Source: Octopus sinensis
Lineage: Eukaryota
DNA: 64,000 bases
Direction of reading: 5' to 3'
Assembly: GCF_006345805.1 (NCBI RefSeq)
Contig: NC_043012.1
Span: 12,090,001-12,154,000 of the forward strand
In this document: positions 38,845 to 53,248 of the stretch, piece after piece
Numbering within the stretch: the first letter of the stretch is position 1
Layout of the letters: every line of letters begins with the position of its first letter
Translations under genes and position numbers: made by a program
The notes under the pieces: model-generated
What the model was told of the DNA's origin: nothing
Database searches by the model: none
Seen by the model: the letters and a program-made list of their open reading frames with translations, nothing else

Positions 38845-39533
38845 TTACGTAAAAATGGTCTATGACTATTTAATTTTTTCCCATAGGCCGTGGTGGCAAA
38901 AAATTCTACAAAATTTTTTGCAACCCTATATTAATTATATATAATATATATATATATATATATGTATTGACATAAACTCACATGTTTCGTGTACAACGAA
39001 ATTAATCAGACGTATATTTTTAATACATCTATAATGATGTTATATATTGAAGGAATATGAAATAAAATCTTTTTTGCTCTTTTCCTAATTCCCGTCATTT
39101 CTATTCTTTTAGAAAATATTTCTAGCACACACGCGCTCGCGCATGCGCATGCACAAACTAACACACTGGCTCATGGAAATACACATGAATAAACATGAAC
39201 ACAAACACAGCGAGCTAAGACCGAATAATCCAATGAAACCATATCCACCAACGGCCTATTGACATACAAAGAAATATTTTAATCAATATTCATATATATA
39301 TATATATACATGCAGTATGTCAAACCGATCACGCGCGCACACACATACACACATTGTCAAACACGTACTCACAGGCACACGAACACGCGCACATGCTCTA
39401 GCACCCACCCCGCCGCCCATGCGCACAACTAGGCACACGCATAAACAGGATTTATCTTTATTCATTTTAAACATACTCCATACATACACACACTCACACA
39501 AACACACACAAGTAAATATATATTATATATATG

Positions 39534-39569
<36 letters not shown>

Positions 39570-39858
39570 TATATACGTTCATAATGCACACATATATAGA
39601 CATATATGTGTGTATGTATACATATATTCATATATGTGTGTGTGTGTGTGTGTCTTTATACATATGCGTGTTTGTCTAAACAATATATATGTATATATAA
39701 TTACACACACACACAAGTATATATACCATAAAGTTATAATATATACATACATACACATGAGAATGCACTCATATATATATATATATATATATAATATAAT
39801 TATATATTATTATATATATACATTCATATATAAATGCACACACATATATATACATATA

Positions 39859-39889
<31 letters not shown>

Positions 39890-40126
39890 TCATATAGATG
39901 TGTGTGTGTCTTTATACATATGCGTGTTTGCGTAAACAAACATAATATGTATATATATTTACACGCAAACACATACACACACACACGCACGTGCATACAT
40001 ACACACACACACACACACACACACATATACTAGATACACAGCTCTCTCATTTTCCTCTCTAATGATTTTTGCCAACTATTTTTTCATTGAATAAAAGCGG
40101 GTGACATTCAAATAGAAATAGGAAAG

Positions 40127-40172
<46 letters not shown>

Positions 40173-40371
40173 TATATATAAAGAACAACAAAGAAAATAA
40201 AAAAAGGAAATTATTGAAAAAAAAATGAAGAGAAGAAAAAAGTGAACGATAAGGAGAAAAATCAAGAAGAACATCCTAACACATAAGCATATACTCGGAC
40301 AAAACATACACTCACACATACATACCTTTTGTATGTAAATATAAAATAAAAACTATATATGCATATATATA

Positions 40372-40467
<96 letters not shown>

Positions 40468-41688
40468 TGTGTCTGTGTGTGTTTGTGTGTGTGTTCGTAG
40501 AGCGTCGAAAATTGTGGGGAAGAAATATGATAGGAAAATGTATAGAGCTTGTTATGAATGATATACGCCTCCAGTCTTAAACAAAATGGTTTAATGAAAA
40601 TTCGATTGTTCAACCCTGGTAACTGGACGTACGATTTCTTTTTTTTTTCTCTCTCTCTCTCTCTCGTTGTCTAGTCATATGTATGTTTGTGTGTGTATTG
40701 ATATAAGTACATATGCATGCATATATGTGTACAAATGTATGTGTGTACATATGCACAGTGAAGTAAACATATTAATATATGAATATTATTATCCAACTTC
40801 ACTTAAATGGATGCGAACACACTGACACACACACACACACACACACACATACATATAAATAGCATGTCCTCGAGTATTTTCTATTGATAGAACGCCATTA
40901 TATTTTTTCTTATTAATTATACGTACCAAAAGGGGAAAGAAAGCCGGATTCCTACTAAATAACTTAACACATTTAATCCGGTACTACACTGTATGTTAAC
41001 CCCAAGTGTTTAGGATCTGTTTAGAGTATAAATAAAGTAATTAGAATGACACTTCAGTTAAAAGAATTATGTATGTCCAGTACGCACACGAATTTATTTG
41101 CTGATGTGTATGTTCACTAGATATGCTTCAATGCTGCACCTGTCTATGGAATATTCAGCCAGTCCTTACCCCCATACACCGCGTTTACTTCACGAAGAGA
41201 ATGCTGGTTAGTGGATCGAGTAAACTTTCATCGTTGACACCCACGGAGAACCTACCATAACTGAAGTAAGCTGGCTGACCTGAAGCTAAGTAAAATGTAT
41301 GTATCAGAAATGCATAAAGAGAGCCAGTGTGTCAGATGAAAGTTTGCATCTCTTTGCATCTATGCCCTGGATAAACCGTTCCCTATCACCTCTCTTGCAA
41401 ACATCTCTGTAGGCAGCCATCGGTTGGTTTCTCGATCTGTTCGAAAGAGGAACGAAACATCTCACAAATTACTCCGTCTTGTATTTAAAACTAAGGACAC
41501 ACTAGATATTTTGGTCATACTGAATACTATGTGAATATGTTGCAAAAGGCTAGAATATCGATAATCATGGGTTTGCCCCGTCAGAAATGACTGGAGGTTA
41601 AAGAACAACAATAACAAATATTAAATAAATAGGGATATAACGTTTATAAAGACGATCCAACTAGATGAATTGTGTATAGGCATCTGAC

Positions 41689-41798
41689 CTGTGATATCTT
41701 CTTTATACGGCATATTGTTTTGAAAACAGGAAGCGAATTCATTGAGTAATGTAGTTCCAGATATTCATAATACGTGGTCGACCATCTTTGTTCAACCT
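41689..41798 (-). CDS. Candidate coding exon of unidentified gene
   Basis: Acceptor TTTTGATTGCGCAG and donor CAG|GTCAGA. 110 nt; only the phase 1 to 0 frame is open: VEQRWSTTYYEYLELHYSMNSLPVFKTICRIKKISQ. Confidence 0.35.
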
Positions 41799-42004
41799 CT
41801 GCGCAATCAAAACTGACTTAATTTGTCTTACATTTAACATTTAACATTGCCCTTTGGTAACTTTAACGGAGCCCACTTTGTTACAGGCGTTTGGGTCAGG
41901 TTTTCGGTGTGAGATTAACTTCATCTAATCAGATTCGGTACTCATGGACAGGACTAGGGGAGCTGCATTTTCTCATGTCAAACCATAAAACAAAGAACAG
42001 CAAC

Positions 42005-42475
42005 ACTAGCAGTTGTTGGATTGAACTGTTCGATCGAGCGGTAGTTCGACCAAGAGGACGGCGAGCTGGCAGAATCGTTAAGACGCCGTGCGAAATGCTT
42101 AGCGCTATTTCGTCTGCTGCTACGTTCTGAGATCAAATTCCGCCGAGGTCGACTTTGCCTTTCATCCTTTCGTGGTCGATTAAATAAGTACCAGTTACGC
42201 ACTGGCGTCGATATAATCGACTTAATCCGTTTGTCTGTCCTTGTTTGTCCCCTCTGCATGTAGCCCCTTGTGGGCAGTAAAAAAATAGGTAGTTCTACCA
42301 AGCGGTAGTTCGACCAAGCAGTTGTTCAACTTACCAGTTGTTCACACTAAAGGTTGTTCGACCTTGATGACGTTCGACCAAGCGCTTGTTCGATTAAGTG
42401 TTTGTTCGACCTAGCAGTTTTACTATCAATCAGTTGTTCGACCAAGTGGCTGTTCACTTAAGGTTATTCGAACGT
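42005..42475. repeat. 16-bp-period minisatellite (GTTCGACCAAGCRGTT-like) interrupted by a SINE
   Basis: GTTC cores at 42028 and 42044, then 42292, 42308, 42324, 42340, 42356, 42372, 42388, 42404, 42436 and 42452. Confidence 0.85.
42056..42287 (+). mobile_element. Family B SINE, full length
   Basis: Matches the 21025 copy; flanked by GGTAGTTC(G/T)ACCAAG at 42040-42054 and 42288-42302. Confidence 0.9.
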
Positions 42476-42971
42476 TCCAATAATTTCCATTTATTATTAT
42501 AAGTCGCTGAGTATTCTGCACATATGTGAATTGTATCTCATTCTCTGATAAAACTCAGCATGACATAATGCGTGTCAAGGTTGAAAGTTTGAATTGCATT
42601 TACAGGCCTTCCGACAGGCAAAAATACTATTAATCCAAAAGGGAGAATTTTCGTGCCCCCAAGAGTTGAGTGGGCCCACAACTTCAGTATGGGGAACTAA
42701 CTCAAAATACCATTTATTCAGATCGAAACCAACTGCTTGGGGAAATTTCTTCACTACATGACCATCCTTCCAGAAACATATATGTATATACACATATGCG
42801 TGTAGACACACAAAAACAAATACACAGACAACCAGGTTTATACATACACATATTTAGAGCTATAAAAAGCTTGTCGATAAGTTTTTAATAGATTATCGAT
42901 TATATTATAAGGAAAGGACGTACAATACTATGAAATTGATTAAATCTATATAGATTTTGTATGTTTGTCTG

Positions 42972-43019
<48 letters not shown>

Positions 43020-43337
43020 CATACACGCACATATGTGTGTGTATGACGCTATTGTAGTCTCTCGTAGACTTGAAAAAGACGGTTCTGAAATTTCTTATTG
43101 AACCGCCTACACAAATGATTTATTTATGTCGATCAAATATTTGTGCTAGATGTTACCTCCTTCCAGCAAATCGACATTTGTCTACACATGTGCCTGATGT
43201 CCCACACCTCAGGTGTCCAAATAATCGCAGAGCAATGCTTGATGAAGTGATTTGCTCAAGAACACACCACCTGGTCCAGGAATTGAAACCACGATCTCGT
43301 TATTGTGACAGCAGCACAGCAGCACACTCTCCACGCG

Positions 43338-43399
<62 letters not shown>

Positions 43400-43402
<3 letters not shown>

Positions 43403-44262
43403 TTCTTTACTACCCACAAGGGGCTAAACACAGAGGGGACAAACAAGGACAGACAAACGGATTAAGTCGATTACATCGACCCCAGTGCGTAACTGGTACT
43501 TAATCTATCGACCTCGAATGGATGAAAGGCAAAGTCGACCCCGGCGGGATTTGAACTCAGAACATTAAGTCCAGAGAAATGCCGCTAAGCATTTGTTTAA
43601 GTGCGTCAGCGTTTCTGACAGCTCACTGCCTTAGCTAACTGACATGTTGGTTTTATATTTTGGTACAAAGCTAGCAGTTACAGGGGTGAGTTTAAGTCAG
43701 TTACATCGACACATCTGCTCAACTGATACTTATTTTATTAACCCCCGAAAGGATGAAAAGTAAAATTGACTTTTTCGAATTTGAACTCAGAACGTAGAGA
43801 CAGACGAATTGCCCCTAAGCATTTTACCGGCGTGTTAATGTTTCTGGCAGCTCTCTGCCATAACTCACTGAATATCAATATTCTTTTCTATTCTGAACAC
43901 AACACCCGAAATTTTTTGGAAAGGGTCAGACGATTAACTAGTACTTAATTTATTGACCCCGAAAAGATGGAAAGCAACGTCGACCTCGGCGGAATTTGAA
44001 CTCAGAACGTAAAGACAGGCGAAATACATATTTCTTTACTACCCACAAGGGGCTAAACGCAGAGAGGACAAACAAGTACAGACAAACGGATGAAGTCGAT
44101 TATATCGACCCCAGTGCGTAACTGGTACTTATTTAATCGACCCCGAAAGGATGAAAGGCAAAGTCGACCTCGGCGGAATTTGAACTCAGAACGTAGCGGT
44201 AGACGAAATACGGCTACGCATTTTTTCCCAGCGTGCTAACGTTTCTGCCATCTCGTCGCCTT
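43400..44262 (-). mobile_element. Four head-to-tail family B SINE copies or fragments
   Basis: Copies at ~43400-43632, 43680-43860, 43883-44030 and 44030-44262. Further B copies lie at ~28750-28935, 44890-45070, 46135-46225, 49975-50172, 53268-53460, 53490-53680, 56744-57055 and 62020-62212. Confidence 0.85.
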
Positions 44263-47200
44263 TCACTGAATATAGATATTGTTTTGTATCTTTGTTTACC
44301 TGTGATTTCCAACATTTAATGAAAGGTATTGAGGAGATATCTAGAACTTTCAATACTAACTTAGTCGTTGTTCATTGCCTGTTTATGAAGCTTTATGCGT
44401 TGATGATTGAACAATCAATGTAACATCACGAGACATTTTCATTTCATCAGAAGACCACCTTATGTTGCCTCGTTCTGACAATGCGGCAACATGGCTAAAG
44501 TACAGCATGGTAATACATCAATATAACTTGATTCATGTAACCTGAACGAATTAAAATATATCTGCCGCTAAAAATACACTCTTCATAGAATTAATATAGT
44601 GCAGATCTTAAATTGTGTTTTCAGTATTGTTTCGTCGATCAATTATTAGTTGTATGTTGCTGAATCTCGTATATATTTCCTGTTCGATCGATTTAGTTTT
44701 CGTCGGTTTCGTCATAAATCAGAAAAAAAAATGTCCATATCATTCTTAGAACTTCGGATTCTTGTAGGATTGATATAGTTTGATGTTCAGCATAGGCAGT
44801 AAAGCAGGAAAAATCATGGGAATAAAGGTGTATTAAAGGTGTATTAAAGATTAATTTCACATATTGGTTGAAAGAAAGCAATTCCGGGGAAGTGTAAGTC
44901 GATTACACTAGGCCCAGGATTCAACTGGTACTCATTTCATCGACCCAGAAAGAACAAAAAGTGGAACTCGGCGGAATTTGAACTCAGCACGTAGAGATGG
45001 GTGAAATACCGCGAAACATTTAAAGACGGACATTGCTTTGTGTGCTAACGATTCTACCAGCTCGCCGCCTGAAGTTTTTTTAAAGATTAAGACCGGAAGC
45101 TTAAAGGGAGGCTTTTTCCTGTGTCAGGGAGACTGAACCGTTGATACGTTCACTTTATATACTATATGCACTTTTATTTCATTTCATCGTCATTTCCCTT
45201 TTTCTTTTCCCTCATCTTTTTATATGCCCACCCCCCAAACGCCAATTGTGAAACACAATTTGTAATATTGCCGTCATGTATGTCCCTGTGGCACATGAAA
45301 TCCTCTTTCTCTTCGTCCTTTTCATCATCATTATCCTCCTTTTCATGATAACCAACATCAAGAGCAGCAGCAACAGCACCACCACCAAAATTTCAGGCCC
45401 TGCGCCTACAGCAGAAAAGATTATGAATATTGTCTTCTGGAAGCCGTTTCATATTTTATACGGTGATCTCATGTGGCCAATAAAGTAAACAACAACAACA
45501 ACAACAACAAAAAGCAACAATTATTAACGTCGTCTTAACCACTGTTACAATTATCAATGTTATTGTTGTTGTTATTGTAGTTGTCGTGTTGCTTCTGCTG
45601 CGTTTATTGTTGTTATTGCTGTCAATCAGCTTCATGAAATCGGATGTGTACAACAGTCCATTGGAAGGATTGAATGCTATCAATAGACATTTACAGCACT
45701 TACAAGATTTACAATAGAGACAGCTTTCACATCTTTATTAGCAACAGAGTGCAGGCGACGTTAAGATATCTACAAGTAATCCTACGCGGCTTGGCACAAC
45801 GACCACTATGAGAAATAGTGGCGAGGGCAAAGCTGCTTCTGTTGTAATTGTTTTTACGGTGATGACAAAAATGATGATGATATCAACGGCGACGATGATA
45901 ATAAAGATAGTGAGGCGACGTTGATGATAGTCGTGTCTTGCATTTTTCATCGGAAATGTTGAGATGGCATTGCTGCTGCAGCCGTTGTTGTTGTTGTTGT
46001 TAAGCAACAAGGCGGGTAAGGGTGATTAGGTGATGGTCTAGGGCTTATGGGCGGGAGAGCCCAGACATTGGAAAAATAAAAAACTTAGGTTGTCTTGTTG
46101 TAGTCGAGGGCTCTTCGTTGACGCCCGACACCACTAGCGGAATTTAAACTCAGAACGAAAAGACAGACGAAATAATACTAAGCAATTTTCCCGGCGTGCT
46201 TACGTTTCTGCCAGCTCGCCGCCTTCGGGCTGGGGTTAATATTAATGCATTCATGTTGAAAGCTTGGAGGTGTGATTAAAAGAACTCACTTGATTATCCT
46301 GTGGTTTCTAGTTCAATCTTACAACATAACAACCTTCACAAGTGACTTCTCGCATAGCATCGGGTCAACTCAAGTGTTGTGAGTATAAATGGACAGTAAA
46401 GGATTTGATTGGAGCCTACAGGAAGAGCTGTACTCATCTTTTCTTGCATGGTTCACCTAAATGTCCTCCACTTCCTTCCTTTTCCTTTTCTTCATTTTCT
46501 TTTTCCCACTCCGTGGTGCATAAAGCATCGTTTCACTCTCGCCATGCTACTCTGTTCATGGCTACTATGCGCACGTGGTTCTGCGCCTCCCAACCCCCGG
46601 TCTGCCCTTCTTTTTCAACGGTTCTGTTCCTTTCTGGTTAGGAACTACGGTTCTTCCAATGAGTTTTACATTACACCGCCACTTTTACCCAGCTAAAAAA
46701 GCACCATCATCATGCTCTTGTACGTCTTTGATAGATTCTATTCTGCTCCAAGGACCCAGGCCAGGTTTCCGGTCGGTGGAAAACTCGAAACGATGTCCGT
46801 ATTAATGGGCTGTTTTCTTCTAAAACAAGTCGGGTTTTTGCCCCAATCTTCACCTCACATGTTTCAGTAATCCTGCAAAGAAAAGGGAAAACAGGGGAAC
46901 ATGATGCTCTCCTCACATTAATTTCGACATTAAGCACAAACCAATACATTTACAAAATAACTATGGAAATATGAAAATAGGAACTGCATTATGTATGAGA
47001 GACGAATGATTGTGGACTATTGTTATTTAAAATGAGGAGATGTAATCGGCTGGTAATGAAAAGGGGTTTTAGGTGTATTTTATTCAGGGGAAGTATAACT
47101 AGGACTACGTTATCTAATGTGTCTTGGCTGTTTAATAACTGAAAAGGTGTGATTTGAGAGAGTGTTAGCTGGTGTCCTTGGAAGTCCAACCACATAACGT

Positions 47201-47440
47201 GTTGAATAGTCAGCTACATGGTAAATATTTAATGTCAAGATATATTCGTCTCAGGAAATACAACAACAGCAGCAACAACAACAACAATAACTAAGACTAA
47301 ATGTAAAATTCAGTTCATGAAAACGCATAGTGCTATACATATAAAAGTACAGACACACACATACACACACATTCTTATATATCTTTTTTGCTTTTATATG
47401 TATACATTGTATGTATTGACATATAAGGATATATATTATG

Positions 47441-47505
<65 letters not shown>

Positions 47506-48761
47506 CGTTCACACACATACAGACACGTATGCGTGTGTATGTGTGAGAGTTGTGGTGTGCGTTTACATAACATACATATAAATACTCAGACAAATATGTA
47601 GGTGTGTGTGTATGTATATATATATGTGTGTGTGTGTGTTTGTTTGTGTATACGCACACACACACATATACATATATAATATCACACACTGAGAGAGAGG
47701 AGGCTGAGTGAGTGAGAGAAGAGAGAGAGAGAAACAGAGAATGAGAAAGAAAAAGAAAGAAAAAAAGAAAGAAAGAGCGAAAGAAAGAAGGAAAGAAAGA
47801 GAGAGAGAGAAAAGATGAATGATAACAATCAGTCACCTGACTTTTGTGATGTTTTTGCTAATCTTAATACACCAAAATAATTCAGACAGACACCGCAACT
47901 GTAGTGTACTAGTGGCACCGACATTTCGACCAGAAGACCCCGCCCATTTCCAAACATTACCATATTTAGTCAATCCCCTTCTCCTTTCACTTCAAAATCC
48001 ATATATTTACTTGTTCTGCTACCTCTACTTCTTCCCTATAATACGTATCACGTATTATTACCTCCCGACCACCACGACCACCACCTTCGATTTCCTCTCA
48101 CTTCCTCTGACACTTTGCTCTCCCTCTTTCTCTTAGCTTCTCTTTTTCACTGCTACTTTCACTTTCTTTATACGGTTTGTTCGTTCTGTCTTATTTTTGT
48201 TCACTACTTCTCATTGAAACCTTTTATTTCTCTCTCTGCCTGCCTGCCTGCCTGCCTGTCTGTCTGTCTGTCACTGTGCTTGTGTCTCTCTGTCTGCCTG
48301 TCTGTCTCTCTTTCTCTCTCTCGTCTTAAACACGTTTTATCAACTCCTCTTCGCTTACTCTCTTTTTCTCTCTTCCGCCACATATACTCATATCATCGCG
48401 TAACCCTATCAATATTTTATTTCCTGTTTCACACCTTTCCTTCTTTTCTTTCTTTCTTCCTTCATTGCTTTCTTCTTTCCACTTTTCTCTGTTTCCTTCT
48501 GCTTTTCTTTCCTTTCTCCCTTCCTTCCTTCCTTCCGTCCTTTCAATCATTCTGTATTTTTCATTTATTTCTTCCACACCTTTTTTTTTTTTTAATCACC
48601 ATTCAGTTGAAGATTATGGGTTGATAATAACTATATGATGATGACCAAGTTGTTGTTCTTGATGATGATGATGATGATGAGGGTGAGGGGGTGGAAGAGG
48701 AAAAGGATAAGAAAGAGGGATCATATGGCAATCCCCTTCTTCCTCTTCCTTCCCATCATCG

Positions 48762-48801
<40 letters not shown>

Positions 48802-49040
48802 CGCCATTGTCATAAGGCAATCACCATGATTTCTCCTTGTCTGTCTATTAATCTATCTATCCATCTCTACAAGTCAACCACTCTCTCTTTCTCTCTCTCT
48901 CTCTCTCCTCCCCTTCCTCTCTGACACTAATTGATTCTATTTTTGTCTTCTATTAGAGAACAAATACTATCGCTTTAAACAAAATGAATAAACACAAGCA
49001 CACACACATACACACACGCATATGTACCCGTATATGTGCG

Positions 49041-49100
<60 letters not shown>

Positions 49101-49830
49101 GGTGTGTGTGTGTATCAATGTATTCTAGTATTTATCACTCTGTGTGTGGTTGTGTGCCTGTGCGTATGTCTGTATATGTGTGTATGCATGAGTATATGCA
49201 CCCACGCACACGCACACGCACCCACCCAACCTCACGCACCCCACGCACCCCTCCCCACCACATTCCCCGAAATTTCAGGCCTTGTGCAGAGAACAGAAAG
49301 GAAATAATCTCAATCATATTAGTTTCAATTCACTGCTGCTCTCTCTCTCTCAATGTCTATCTCTCAGTTTGTCTGTCATTCCCCCCTATCTCTCTTTTTC
49401 TCTTTCTCTCTCTCTCTCTCTTCCTCCGTTTCCCACACACAAATATATGGAGATGAAACCCTCGATCACACACACAAGCACACATGCACGCACAGACACA
49501 CACACACACGCACACACATACACACACACTGATACAGACACACGTACATATTCACTTCAGGCACATTTGCTTGTTTGAATATGTTTATCCGATCGAACAG
49601 TTTCACTCACCCACTCACTCCTCACTCAATCATTCGGTCACTCATCCACTCACTCACTCACTCACTCACTCACTCATTCACTCACTCATTCAATCACACA
49701 ATCACTTACGCACATAATCATTCACTCACTCGTCACTCAATCACACACTCACTCTTCCACTCACACACGCACTCAGTCACTCACTCAGTGACACTCACGT
49801 TACTTCCGCACAGCAATAAACCTCGGTTTG

Positions 49831-49890
<60 letters not shown>

Positions 49891-49894
49891 ACAA

Positions 49895-49946
<52 letters not shown>

Positions 49947-50178
49947 ATATGCCTATCTGTCTGTCTGTCTGTCTTATTTACTGCCCACAAAGGGCTAAAC
50001 ATAGAGGGGACAAACAAAGACAGACATACGGATTAAGTCGATCATATCGACCCAGTGCGTAACTGGTACTTATTTAATCGACCCCGAAAGGAAGAAAGGC
50101 AAAGTCGACTTCGGCGGAATTTGAACTCAGAACGTAGCGGTAGACGAAATAACGCTAAGCATTTCGCCCGGCGATCTA

Positions 50179-50217
<39 letters not shown>

Positions 50218-50480
50218 GTCTGTCTATCCATGTGTCTATCTCTCGTCTTTCAGTGTGTGTGTATGTGTGTGTGTGTGTCTGTCTGTTTGTCTGAGGCTTG
50301 TCTTCCGATTTTCATTTTGTATATCAGTGTATCCAGTTCCTCGCTTCAATGTGTGTGTTGACACCGACATCCACCAACACACACTCATTTACACATTAGT
50401 ATTTGTACATACACATCATCTATCTATCTATCTATCTATCGATCGATCAATCAATTTGTTCCTCTCTCGATATATATATA

Positions 50481-50551
<71 letters not shown>

Positions 50552-51810
50552 TACACATACATACACACACGCACACTCACACACATGCGCGCGCGCACAC
50601 ACACACACACACACAAACACACATATATACCTTACTGAGTAACATGTTCCCCATTCGCACCGGTTCGCTCGAATCGTTTGTTCGAATGAAATACAGAAAG
50701 CGTTTCTCATAGCTTACTTTATACAATTATTTATTTATATTTTTACTCATTTATTTATTCTTGCCGCTGAAGAGTGGCCTACTCAGAAAAGGACATTATA
50801 TAATTCACGTCACAGACTTGTTTTACAACGATTTCAGATGTCCCTTTAAAGTTTTCCAGTGACAGTTAATCAATAGCCTTTGCGGAGAATTTTCAAATTT
50901 AATAATAATTGTGAAGATTATTTGCCGTGATGATAGCAAGAAATGTGCATACGTGTTTCATTGTAAGTGTGTTTGTATATGTGTGTATATACATACATAC
51001 ATACATACATACATACACACACATATATATATAATTAGTGGAAGAGCTATACGTGAGCTACTTCAAGTTTCATGCTTGGATAGCGCAGTTATCGGACGGG
51101 TTTGCATAACGTGCTATGCACTATCCCTCCTTATGCCATTTTTGTTACATGACACCGCAATTCTACGTATATTCTTCTCTCTTTCTTTCTCTGTCTCCCC
51201 CTCTATCTTCTCCTCTCTCACATAAAAACACGCACAACCGCAAGCTGGTAGATTACTTAATCTTTTCGTTCGTCCCCGAGGAACAAGTTTAAGAATCTTT
51301 ATCTTGTAATTACACTCTGCACAATTACCGCTGTGTCAAGCATCATAGTTAAATGAAGTAGTAATAAGTTAAAGTGGAATAGTAATTTACTATTAATTAT
51401 ACATTTTATTGGAATGATATAACCGATTACGTGCTATTACGTAAAGTTAGTGTTTCTAATATTATGGCGTATTGAGACCTGAGTTGATTAGACCATAACA
51501 TCTGAGTACTAATTATAGAATGTTCCAGCATTTTTTCCCGCCTATATTTGAGTCATTGGTCTTGCTACTTTAAGCATACAAACCTTCTTGAGATTTTTTT
51601 TAATTTACAAAGGCAGTGAAGGGACCTTTATATAATTGCTCGAATTGAGAGAAGCAGCAGTCAAATATCTCTCAAAAGCTGTTTTGAATAACGAAGTATA
51701 TATTGAACGTTTAAGTCCATTGTATACAGGACTGAAAAGTGATACTTGCAGATGGTAAAATTTTGCTTATAGGTCTCCATCGTCAGCACTAATACAGCAG
51801 CAACAAGAAA

Positions 51811-52240
51811 GTGGAGGCGCAATAGCCCAGTGGTTAGGGTAGCAGACTCGTAGTCGGAGGATGCCGGTTTCGATTCCCAGACCGGGCGTTGTGTGTATTT
51901 ATTGAACAAAAACACCTAAAGCTCCACGCGGCTCCGACAGGGGGTGGTAGCGACCCCTGTTGTACTCTTTCGCTCCAACTTTCTCTCACTCTTTCTTCCT
52001 TTTTCTTGTCCCCGACTTCCTACGCAACCGCTGAGCCTGGATACGCATTCATCCATCCGTCGATGCTCTCGGTGTCGGGGGTTGACCTGCTTTCTCTTCT
52101 GCGGTTCTTACGAATAGCAAAAGACCATGATTAGGACTTCTCCCATCTTGCGAGCTCTGGGACGACGACCGTTCACTCAACAGCAACAACAGCAGTAGCA
52201 ACAACAGCGGCAGCAGCTGCAAGAGAAGCAGTAGCAACAA
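51811..52240 (+). mobile_element. Family C SINE, full length
   Basis: tRNA-like head, body matching the 26703 copy, (CAA/CAG)n tail. Confidence 0.85.
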
Positions 52241-52594
52241 TAAACATCGTGTAGATCATATGCTGTTTATATAACTAGGCGAGGAAAGGTATGGCTCGAA
52301 CCCATATCAGAATGTTTGCAAATGCGGGCAGTTTATAGGATTACTAACCGTGTATTTTGTGCAGAAGACTTGACTAATGTTACTAGTGATATATCCATAT
52401 AATAGATATCTGATAAATAAATGTTGGTTCGTTGATTATTCTAGTTAAAGAGAGAAAGCGAGAGAAAGGAAGAGAGAGAGGGGGGCAGAGTGTGTAGGTG
52501 AGAGAAGGGAGAGAGAAACAAAGATACTGATAGGGTCAACATATGAGGTGCATAATGAGTGCACACATTAGGCTTGATAGCTAGCAATGACACA

Positions 52595-53248
52595 AAAGAA
52601 ATTGGGAAAGTGTGGAACCTCAAGACTAAAACAATACCTGTTGTCATAGGTGCCCTAAGAATGATAGCAAATGGGGCTGATTTACCTAGCTCAGATACCA
52701 GGAAATCCTAAAATGGAAGAAGTTACAAAAAAACAATGCTAACCTCACCTGCTTTTTCTTTTTTTGAAGGGCCTCACCTGCAAGGTTATGTTCTATTTAT
52801 CTTGATATGAGATCACTATGTTGCGCGCATATGCTTGTGATGCATGTGCCTTGAGTAGCTTTATCAGAAAAGTAGTCATGATGGGTATAATGGGCTTCGT
52901 CACTTTGACGGCATGCGCTGCTCTCTCACTCACCAAGGTTAATTATAATAAAAGGAATAAAATCCAAATAGTTAATACATGGGTGATAGCATCACATTGC
53001 TTTGACCTGGAATCATAAGATGGCAACAGAAAGAACTGATGAATGTGGATAGGAATAGAAGAAAAGTGTTGACAATACACGGAACCTTCCAGCCTAAGAG
53101 TAACATCGATAGGCTGTACTTGTTCAGAAGATATAGTGGAGGAGGTTTGATATGTTCCCAGGATTGTATCGAAGCATAGGAAAGCAGCTTAGGGTGGTGT
53201 GTAAATTATACCATGGAGCCATTGTTGAAACATGTGAAGAAGGCTGGC
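52595..53248 (+). pseudogene. R4/Dong-like (REL-endonuclease) non-LTR retrotransposon fragments
   Basis: 52595-52735 reads KEIGKVWNLKTKTIPVVIGALRMIA..A/YLAQIPGNPKMEE. 53009-53248 reads GIIRWQQKELMNVDRNRRKVLTIHGTFQPKSNIDRLYLFRRYSGGGLICSQDCIEA*ESSLGWCV (PKS.VDRLY.R..GGRGL motif). A family F repeat lies between them. Confidence 0.75.

Noticed and set aside
42288-42475. CRISPR-like array
   Set aside because: The units are contiguous 16-mers with no unique spacers, and the context is eukaryotic.
44300-44541. Minus-strand exon with good acceptor and donor
   Set aside because: All three frames contain stops, so it was not included in the coding model.
47915-47945. GGTC-GAAATGTC half-hammerhead on the minus strand
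   Set aside because: No CUGANGA core or stem I partner remains.
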